A DNA stretch of 64,000 bases from NCBI GenBank assembly GCA_965153455.1, contig OZ234493.1:1860001-1924000 (forward strand). Reading direction: 5' to 3'. Of the stretch, positions 53,321-64,000 are shown piece by piece. The stretch is from Sphagnum compactum (Eukaryota). The position numbers and the translations under genes are program-made. The notes beneath the pieces are model-generated. The model was not told the origin of the DNA, searched no databases, and worked only from the letters and a program-made list of their open reading frames with translations. Within the stretch, counting starts at the first letter, position 1, and every line of letters starts with the position of its first letter.

Positions 53321-56300
53321 AAAAGGGCCCATTTGTGGTTGAGTCCTTCATCACTGTTGGTTCATTTCATTGTGATCACACCCTCTTGCACAACGCTCAC
53401 ACACCATACAAAACACTTGAAGAATACAAGAGATAAAATTTACATTTTTTGGGCTAGGATCACGAATGCATCTAAAACTTAGTCCTTATGTGGGCTACAC
53501 CCATTGGGGAGTTCATCACTTCTGCATTAGGACTCTATTTTATGGGGATCGTTCATCAAAATCATGTCCGTTTATTTTCATGAACACTTCCATAATCAAA
53601 AGGACACATACGTTTGTTGCAGCATAGGTTTGTTACACAAAAGGTTCATCCCATGGCTTAACGAAAAATAATTACATGAAATTATGAAAAGCAAAACATG
53701 AGCCCAAAGTTCCACCCATAACCATTTATGTACTTGCAAGGAAAAATAAATGAATTATTATGCCTATCCATCCACATCTATTAACATCCTCATTTATTAA
53801 CTACAAGCCATTCATATTGTGCCACATGTTATCCTTTTAGAATTGTCATCCTTCCTATGAACAAATCATTCAATTATTGGGAATCTTCTTCATGAAAATC
53901 TAATCGAGTTCACATAATTTGCTCCCAACTATGTCTAACCCAAAATAGTTAACTAATTATTCATGAGTTCAAACCTATGTCGTTAGTCAAAGATCGTCAA
54001 GGTAGGACCCATAAGTTGTATTATTTATTTACATATTTACCCATCTTTTTACCCTTGTGCAACATTATTATTTATTACAACTTTTACCCCTAATAACCCA
54101 TATTGGTGTTACATTATCACTAACTTGTATACTAATCTTAAACAAAATCAATTGTTGTGATGTTGATTTACATTGATCTAAGTTATTTAGGTGTGGATCC
54201 CATTTGTACGATGGTTTTTATCCCACCACATTAGCGCTTCCACATATCATTTGTATATAGATTAGTCCACTAAAATTCCTTACTTTATGATACATGTTAA
54301 CGTCTATTACTCTAACATTGTCACAGAGTATAATGGATTTTGTGCAACAATAAATACAAATTTTCCTACATGGCAATAGGCCTTGGTTCATGCAATCTTT
54401 TCTTTGTAAAAATAAATTTGATTTTCACAAATGGGAAATTTTTGCTGAAAAAATAAATAATATATTGAATAGACATGTTTTTTCAAGTTTTTTCCAATTT
54501 TTTTCACAAAAAAATGAATTTCTGTCGCAGTAAAAATCACTAGGCTCATGACACATGTGTGATATAAACTATTTGCTTTCATACATTTCAATCTAAATTG
54601 CATGTTGTGTACACTAAATATTTCAATATTTTTCTTCAAATAAATTGCAAAATAGCAAAACTTCACCACCAATCATTGAAATATATGGGGTGTGTATTAA
54701 TGTTGATAGGTTCCCTAGTTTGCACTATTAAATTCAAGGATTCATGTTTATATTCTTGTGATAGGACTCGAACTAACATCATTTGATGGAAATAACACAC
54801 AAACTAATTTTGGAACTAACCTTTGTTAGAATTGGAATTGAAATTGGAACCATGCATGAAAACTATTTCCAAACATAAGTTCAAAGAATTAGCAAGGAGG
54901 CTATAACTTTGTGTGCAAAACCAAGACCACATGGTTTAGACATTTGAAAAACGAGGTTCAAACCCACAGCTGGAACACTTACCATTTAAAGTTTTTTAAG
55001 TATCAAAATTGGGATTGAAGGTTTACTTTAAAAAGGAAAAACAATTCAACACTTGTATATACCATTGTTGTACTCATATATCCCTTTTAACACATCTATT
55101 GGGTATTGGTATTGAATATTCTCATACCAACCTAGTACTAATATTGGATCATTTTCAACACTATCATAGCACCTTGTTTGGTATTGGGCCCATTTTGATT
55201 TTTGCATGGTATGAGGTAGGTATAAAATGTGGTATTGAGATTGGTATAAATTTTTTTATGAAGCTAATATTCTTTTAGGACCTTACTAGTTTGGTCTTGG
55301 TAGGAGGTTGGCATTGCCTCAAGTTATATTAGATGTTTAAAAACCTTCAATCTTTTTGTTGCAACTATTGTGAGAGTCAATCAGGGAGTGACCTTGTGCC
55401 ATATCTTGTTTATTTTATAATAATGCAACATTTCAAAAATACCATACTTGCTATTGAAAGTTGGCATATTTTCACAAAAAAATCTAACATTGAAAGAAAT
55501 GGGGTTTGGTAATCCTAGCTTGGGTTGTAGGAGTTTCGTCTTTTTATTGTTTCACCTCTTTAGGAATTATTAAACATCAGACATTAATGCTAGGTATAGT
55601 ACCTATCTACTATAAAGGTCTTTTCCATTAGGCTCCTATGATTAGAATTACACATAATTTTGCAATCAGGGTTTTTTAAAAATTGTTTTTTGCATTTTAA
55701 GTTTAAATGATTACTATATATATAATATAGTCATATATGTAATTAAGGTTAAAATTTTGAGGTTGCACAAAATATGCTAATAATGCATACAATTCTCATA
55801 ATTTTGGCGACAACATAATAAGATAAAGTAATTCAAAACTAGCAAAACAACCCAAATTATAGAAGCTTGTGTTAATTATATCTAATTATGTCAAATCTAT
55901 ACAAACATTTGGCAAAAGGTCCCTTACACTGAGTAGCCTCCTTGATACATTAATGAAAAATATAAAATAAAATTGTGATTTGTAAATGATACCTTGAATT
56001 TAGCCTTGGAGTTGTCAACCATTTGTTCAAGACAATGTAACACAGAGAATCATGACCTAAAACAACTTTTTTAAAACAACAATATGCTAATGATGAAATG
56101 TGAATGTGTGTATGAGGGTTGGCAATCCTTCCTATAAAAGTAACTAGCAAACTGGCAATAAACCTAAATGTTTATGGTCTAAATGTAAAGCATCTTGTAA
56201 TCATTGAAAAATCTCTACTTGGCTATAGACTCCAGTCAATTCAATTTTTAGCCTAGTTTTTTGTACTTACAACTTTCATTTTTTTATAATAGGTCTTTAG

Positions 56301-57151
56301 TTAGGCATGGAGTTTTGTAGCTTTGACTAATTTTAGCCCATCGAAAAAAAACCATGATTGTGATGATTACAATAGCTTAATGAAAAGCCCCTAATTTAGG
56401 ACCATGTTTGTTGCTGCATGGACAAGCACTTTCCATTGAAGAGCTTTCAAATGCATTGAAATATGTAATTAATCAATGTTAAAGAGCATTGGAAACACAT
56501 TGCCATTCATAAAAAAACGACGACAATTGGGTCACTTTGTGGTGAGTTAGAGGTTGATTCACAACTCTTGCATTTGGTCAATGCTTGACTGATCAAGTAA
56601 TGAGGGTGGCTCTCAAGATTTAGGTCAACGCTTGACTAGTAGAGTAGTAAAATGGCTGCGCGAGCGCAGATAGCTAAGAAATATAAAATGGAAAGCCAAG
56701 GCTGATCAAAAAATCTCTTATCACAACGACCTCATGGAAAGATGTCCTAAACAATGGTTAGGTTGTTACTTCTGAATTTCAAGGGGATAATTATTTATCT
56801 ATCTATTTATGTCGAAAAATTCTTACCTTCCAATTTTGTGATGTTTTCTTCAACCAAAATTGCTCATAAGTAGTATATATATATATATCTAAATTTGGTG
56901 ATATTAACAAAATTGAAAGTAAAAAAAAACATTATGCATCTTTTGGTGGTGATTTTTTAAAGTTAAAAATTGGAATTTTCAGATAAATTTGACCCAGAGA
57001 CCACCGCATGAATATTTGAATATGATAAACAAGTTTTCAATCCTGGCGTCTCATCCCCAATCAAAAAAAATATTATTATTACAAGGTGGTGACGTCCTTG
57101 CTCAGGTGGGTGGCTCAATTGACTGAGTCCTCTTTGGATAGCTTTCAAAAG

Positions 57152-57520
57152 CAGTGCTGGATTGGTATGTGCTTTTTGACCAATGATACTAGCTAGACTG
57201 GTCCTGGAATTGGGTAGTTTTTTTTTTTTTTTGCCCCCCACCCCCCCCCCCCCCCTCAATATTATTTGGCAGGCCCGGGTAATTGGGTACTTGAAAAAGC
57301 TCTCATTACCCAATATGGTACTGGTATAAGGCATGTATGTATGTATATATCTCATGTTAGCTTATGTCTCATACCAGACTGACTGATATTGGTATCATAA
57401 ATAAGGTTGGTATTGCCTCGAGTCATCCCGGACTGACTGGTATGGTAGGTTCTTTAAATTACCCATATTGATACCCGTACCATATACCCAGGTTGCACCC
57501 TATATGCCAATACAACACTG
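57152..57520. mobile_element. MITE with CAGTG termini
   Basis: cagtgctggattgg versus ccaatacaacactg (imperfect TIR); no TSD seen. Confidence 0.5.
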
Positions 57521-58318
57521 GTTTCTTCACGGTTGGTTTCACCTAGTGTCAGGTGGGTTGTTCTCTCCTTTTTTTCTCTGAAGAAAGAACTGATGATGAC
57601 GATGGGTAAGGGTTAGGTGCATGATGGGACCCTTGATCGGCCGTTCTTAAAAAAAACAAAAAACAAGGAACCGAGTTTTGACCTGTAGGTCACTGCGGTT
57701 CTCTCGAAAGTAAAAATGAGTCTAAAGAACCTGCCCGGAACCTCTTGCTCTTTGGCTGCTGGAGCTTTGGAAAAACCCACCGGTTCTTAACAAATTTCCC
57801 AATGAAAGAAAAACACTCAAAGAACGAACCGCCAAACACCAGTTTTAACCAACATCTTTTTTGCTTGTTTCTCATCACTCAATTTTGCTCCCAAAGATGT
57901 TAATTAAATTTTTTTTCAAAAAATAGGTTGTGTAATAAATTGACAAAAATGAGAAAACTAGAACTTCCGAAAGTCCAAATGCCCAGTAAAAAAAGAAGAA
58001 GGTAGGTCTGATGTAAGTCAGGAAAAGGAGTATGGGTAAAAAGATTCGGGCTAGGGAGCCACCTGAAGATACAAAGGAAAACAAATGGTGGGTCTTTAAG
58101 TTATCTCCATAACTGACTTGTTTGTGAAGCACACATTGTAGGGAGAAATGAAGGAAGGAAACGTGAGAATAAAGTGGATAGGTGAAAATGGCTGACTCTA
58201 GCAAAAGGAGAAAGATGTGGCATATGGATTTGGGGAAGCCAAGGTCAAACAAGGGGTGTGTCATATTGTGGCCTTTTCATATACATTAAAAAAAGTACCT
58301 TAAGGCAAAAGAAGAATT

Positions 58319-60785
58319 ATGAAAACTCAAATATTTCACTAATCTTCAAAAATATAATCTTCAAAAAAATCCTCAAAGAAACTAATATCCTTTGAGAGAT
58401 TATAACTCTATTATAACTAATCTCAAGTTTCAACACAAGCCAAAATATATCATCTTTCAAAAATCCTCATTTAAAAATAGACCTATTATTATTACCTAGT
58501 AGGGGCCAAAATCCATTATTAAGCTACTACGTATACTCTATAATGAATCTAAACACAATATCCTTAAGGGCCTTGGTAGGCGAGACCAACAAAATAAGGT
58601 AGAAAGCATTTCAAACCACAAGAATATACGTATAGTCAGTTTCTTAGTGGTTTGGACTAGGCTGTTTAAAACTTATCATAGATGGGAAATGAAAGACTCC
58701 ATTGCTACAAGCTGAATAGGGTAAAAGGGTCACAAAGGGCCGCATCTCCTCCTTTCAACAATGGTTGTCTCAAGTAATTCTCTTTGATTTTGATTGAGGG
58801 AGTAAAAAAATTTAACATGAAAATGCTAAATTGCAACAAGATTGGAAGAGGGAGATTAAGGATATTTTGAAATGTAAAAGTTTTAGAGAGTGAAAAATGC
58901 ACTAAATAAGCATCCAATTTCAAATGGATGCATATGCATTCTACCATCACTAATTCAATCAAGTGGAAGGGACACCTTAAGTTGATTGGAAAAAAAAATA
59001 TGATTATACAACAACAACGCAATATGGAGAAACAATGGGCTTCTAACAAATAAATAACATTTCAACTTTATCTCAAAATTGTTCATAAATAGATAAAGCT
59101 TTAAGTGGTATGATATTTCAAATTTAATATTTCTTCCCTCAATGAAATGGAGTTGGCCTTGTCATCTCTAGCTAACTCTCCCTTATTGTTTTGTCTAAAG
59201 TAAGCTTTCAAGGTTTTGGGTATGGGTTTTGGAGTTAAAATTTCCTTACTTTGCGGATACTGCAGAAAGAGAGGATGGGGGGGGGGTGAAACGAGGCCCA
59301 AAGACAGGGTAAGACAAGGTTACTTTACGGATAACTCTAATGAATTGCAACTATTTTTGTTCCAACCATGTCAATCACTTTAGGGTAATTTGTTAGCTAA
59401 CAACAATCATGAAGACATATGCTATATGGAATCATACAACTATTTACATAATGATTGTTCACTCACATTGAACACAATAAAATCAACATATTCATAGTAT
59501 CTTGGGTACAATGCAAGTTTATTATATTGTCATCTTCAATGTATAAAAATTCAACCTTCCAAAATTTTAATCTCAAGCCCAAGACCTCAAAATGGAACTG
59601 CAAAGCTGAAACTGCATGTGCAAAGAATTCTCAACCCCTTCATAGGGGTTCAAATACATGTGGAATAGGAAAGTCCTCAAAGTCCAAGTGCACCTTGCTA
59701 ATGTTAGTAATGCAAGAGCAACGTTCTAACCTAGGTGCCTTTTAATGTGAGTTTTAAGGTAAGATTTTCAACAAAGTTTGGTAGGGTTATAACAAAATCT
59801 AATACCAATTCATACCCTCAACAAGTCATTGACGTAAACTCATATGAGTCAACAAAGGCAATGAACTAGCCTAATAAGCCTAGTTGAACTTATCCGCCTT
59901 CTAGAACATGATAAGAATATGGTTTTACCGTTGACACAAATTTATTACTTGAATTCACATTCTCTCTCGTTTCAAGTGAACAAATAACATGCAAATCGAA
60001 ATGGAGTAAATACAAAAGAAACAACCAAAAGTTCTTACAACATACATGAAGATACCACATTGATAGTGTTAGAGCTTACAAAATTAGCCAAAGGAGAGGC
60101 TAGGAAGAAAAGAACAGACAATTTTGCAAGAGCAAACACAACATTTTCCACTAAGTCACAACCTTGGCCAAAACTCGATTTGATGTTTGGGGGACCTTGC
60201 CAAGTGGAATTTCCCACCTGAGGCTTCCACCCTTTTAGATTGAGTGGATTAATTCGGCCTATTGACCTGAATAACTTGTGATCTTCAATTCCAATGGACA
60301 ATGTGAAAAAACAATGTAAACCCATAAACTCATATGGTACTTGCAACTCATGTTTGGTGTTAAGTACTTTTTGAGGAGGCCGAGTTAAAAGAAAACCTAA
60401 AATCTTAGCATGACTTTGTTGGATTTCTCAAGAAGTGAACTTCACAATGTTACAAGTTAAGAACGACTCATAGTTCACATCGTTGGATCATCATGTACAT
60501 TTATCTATTAAGGAAGGTAGTTTGTTGGCCTTGCCTACCAAGGCCCTTAAGGATATTGTGTTTAGATTCATTATAGAGTACAGTAGCTTCAGGGATTTTT
60601 ATGGGCCCCTAGGTAATAAAAATAGGTCTATTTTTAAATGAGGATTTTTGAAAGAGGATATATTTTGGCTTGTGTTGAAACTTGAGATTAGTTATAGAGT
60701 TATACTATCTTGAAGGATTTTGGTTTCTTTTAGAGAATTTTTTGAAGATTACATTTATGTCCGATGAAATATTTGAGTTTTCAAA
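58319..60785. repeat. ~270-bp inverted repeat pair (58319-58593 / 60521-60785) enclosing an L1 ORF1-like remnant
   Basis: Example: actctataatgaatctaaacacaatatccttaagggccttggtaggc is the exact reverse complement of gcctaccaaggcccttaaggatattgtgtttagattcattatagagt. Interior on the minus strand: KILGFLLTRPPQKVL, VPYEFMG..FF, LKGWKP, VHLDFEDFP. Confidence 0.75.
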
Positions 60786-63647
60786 ACTTTGTCCAGGTTT
60801 GGTTTTGGTTCCAAAATCCCAGATCCAGTTTAAAACCCAGTTCCAGTTCTTAGAAATTGGACTCGATATCGATTAACCACAAGACCTGAAATGTACTAAC
60901 TAACGATCCTAATTGACCAAACTAGGTAACCACCCAACACTCGTATGCTCCACTTCACTATATTTAAATACCTTCCTTGGAAGGTAGTTGGAATGTGTTA
61001 TAATCGCTCTAGTACCTCCGAGCCACCAAATTGTTGATTTAGGAGCCCCATTTCCACAAGGAGTCGAGGTCAAGGTTGAACCCAAATTGAGCAACCCTAT
61101 TGGTGCAGCTAGTGAAATTGGCCTCAAGGACTTCACACAAATATTCTTCCAAACGGGGGATAACCATAGGTGTGAATATCTCTATCTATCAAGGAAGGTA
61201 GTTTCCTTGTTTGTTTTGATTGTCACATTGAGATCTCCCAAACCACGGTGCCTCTTGCCGTGGTCTTGGTACACCATTGGAAAGCCCCCATGAGTAAGGG
61301 TGCACTAAGTTGGTTTCACGATGTTTTTTTTGACCTACAGTGCGGAAGTTATAGAATATTGAACAATTTTTGCATTGAGAATTATTCGAATCAAAACTAA
61401 AAATTATTTGGGCATGCTCTTGGTGCTATCGGAAAGCCTTTAGAGAATAAGATTCACATGAAAGTGCAGGAGACATTGAATTTTTGAGTAGATTTTTTCA
61501 TTGGAAATTTTTAATTAAATTATAAAAAATAATTTTGGAAGGAAAAATTTAGTTGGGTAACAATTTAGTTCACACTTGGTCCAGTTCAAATGTAAAACAA
61601 TCCGTAAAGAAAGAGACAAGAGCATGGGGCTATTTGCAAAGTAAGTGGAAAAGGTGTCTCAAGTTGCTAGCTTGAAATGCAACGGCAATGGAACAAATGA
61701 CCTAACTTAAGACATCTATGCTCTTCTTCTATGCTTTATTACGTAAGTGATATCAAAACGGCAAATGGCACATGTTGTTTGGGAACCCAACAAGTGGCCA
61801 TCCCTCTTTCATTAGCCATGTAGCCCATCCTTCTTGACTCCATGAGATAAACCCTAAAAAAGTTGTACTATTCATAGAAAAAGGAAATCCCTAGGATTGG
61901 CATATTTTTGGTCAAACTCGGCACAAAAGTGAATTGCAACCAAACAAAATGATCTTTCACACTTGGGCCTAAGAAATGTGAACAAAATTGCACACGTTGT
62001 TTTGTTAACGAACCCAACAACAATGGTGGGGGGGGGGCCTCTCTCCCCCTCTCCTTTGTATACCCGATGATGGGTTGTTTTAACACAAAGCTTTTTTTAC
62101 AACTCGTAGTGTGAAGGCCAAATGATCAATTAAAAAAATTGAAACATGTCCCAATATTGATAATTGAAATTTCAACATGTCCATGAATCAAACAAAGAAA
62201 TGATTTATGACAATAAATTTTTTAAAGAAAATTTAAATTATTATTTCTCATTTGTCAATGACAATAATCAATATGTACCAATATAATTATATCATACTTA
62301 TAAGGCCAGTTTGGCAACATAACATCATCTAATCTATTAAACATAATTCGGCTACCAATTAAGTTTGGAAGGAGGTTTTGTTTTTCCTTGAGTTCACATT
62401 TTAGCTATTCAAACCGTAAGCAACATAAGGTGAGAACACAAAAGTTTAGGCACACAAAATCGAGGTGTGCGTAGGAGTAGTGAGACACACGAGTTAGAAA
62501 GTATGTAGCACATATCATCACGACTTTGGGGGACTTTGATGACTATGGTGGTTTTTTTACTATTATATTTGGGAAGAGAAAAAGAGGCTCAAAATCATTG
62601 TTTTCAAAATTAGGTAAATAGTAGCCCAAGAAATGCAAAAAGGGCAAGGGGAAGGTACCAATCATACTTGCATAGTGACATAAAAAAATCTTGAAATTGA
62701 GCTTTCGAGTGTGAAATTATATGTGCATATAGTTGGTGGGTAGGTTTGTGTACTTATAAGATATTTCAATGGTTGCGTTACATTTTGAATTGGAATTTTT
62801 TCATTACATGTGTTATATAACACCATGTAATTATATAACACAGAAGTTGCCTTTACCTTCAACTTAATGTTTTTTTTTTATAAAATGAAAAAGAAATATC
62901 TGACAACTCATTATTGCTACAAAGTTCTAGATGTCTATCTCTTCTCAAAACCTTTTTTAAAAAAATCTATTTTAACAATCAATTCTAAAATCATTCAAGC
63001 TCAAAAGAAGAGAAATTTGTTGTGTATTTAAATTTAAAAATGTCTAATGTTTTGTAAAAATGCATATCTATATATATTTTTTTAAACAGTCTTATAACCA
63101 AAGTTTATCAAATGGGTACTACGTATCCCTCCAACTTGGATTCTTTTGGGGGCACATGTTCAAAAATCAAACTACCGTGCTTGTGTAAAAAGCAAGCACG
63201 TAGACCTCACTCACTCGGTGTGTTAAAAGTGTCCTAAAATTGTGGGAAAGGGTATACATACCACTTTCTTTCATGAGGACTTTTGTGCCCAAGTTGTCAA
63301 ACTTGGCACAATAGGCAGATTGAAAGAACTGCCCATGCAATTGCACCCGTGAGTAAAGTCAAATTATAACATGGGTTGAGATTATTACAAAGTGAATAAA
63401 ATAATACACTTTTGTTGTTCTTACCATCAATCTAAAAAGACCCTCAACCTTTAAAAATTTAAATGAAATGGCGGTTCCTGTCATTCCCAATGTATTCCCA
63501 TCAAGTTCCCAATGGGTTGCCATCCAATTCCCAATATTTTCCTCAAGTTCCCAATAGCACCTCAATTTCACCATTTTTCCACAAAGAAAATTGAGAGCTT
63601 TTTCAGATTTTTTTTTTTTGGGGCAGTTTATATGCAAGAATTTACAA

Positions 63648-63649
<2 letters not shown>

Positions 63650-63682
<33 letters not shown>
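63650..63682. repeat. (TA)n microsatellite
   Basis: Uninterrupted TA dinucleotide run. Confidence 0.95.
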
Positions 63683-63686
<4 letters not shown>

Positions 63687-64000
63687 CTTTCATAGTTCAT
63701 ATTAAAGGCCAAATTTGGCTAATTGTTTGTAAGGAAGGTTTTGATTAGGTATCTGAGTTGATTGCAAATTCAGTCTCTTGTGTGTGTGCATTTATTTTGT
63801 TTGCAAATGGATTTTATTTCAATTGTGCCCACCAAAAAAAAAGAAAAAAAAAAGCCAATAATATGTCAGTCCTCGCCTTGTACGGAATAGGGGTGGCCGG
63901 GTATTTGATTTCGTGGATACCCATTGGTTCTGGTTTTCCAGATCATTTTAGAATCAGAGGATCATGGGTTGTTCTCTGGGATTTTCAAAAAGAATCGACG

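Overview
AT-rich, repeat-dense eukaryotic DNA with spliceosomal introns and plant-type transposons. The repeats suggest a bryophyte, possibly Sphagnum (inference only). No intact host gene is recognisable. Main contents: (1) a full-length CACTA/En-Spm DNA transposon (43367-52271, CACTA termini, 3-bp TSD ACA). It has a spliced TnpD/Tnp2 transposase on the minus strand, a divergent TnpA/Ptta-like ORF on the plus strand, and, unexpectedly, a complete SET-domain (lysine methyltransferase-like) exon inside the transposase transcription unit. Splice phases allow one shared N-terminal Cys/His exon to join either the SET exon or the transposase. (2) An intron-containing telomerase reverse transcriptase (TERT) pseudogene (about 21250-25610, minus) with internal deletions that remove the catalytic core and a solo LTR in one exon. 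(3) Degenerate Copia (two copies), Gypsy-gag, hAT and L1-ORF1 remnants, several MITEs and degenerate tandem arrays. All translations were done by eye, so boundaries of degenerate elements are approximate.
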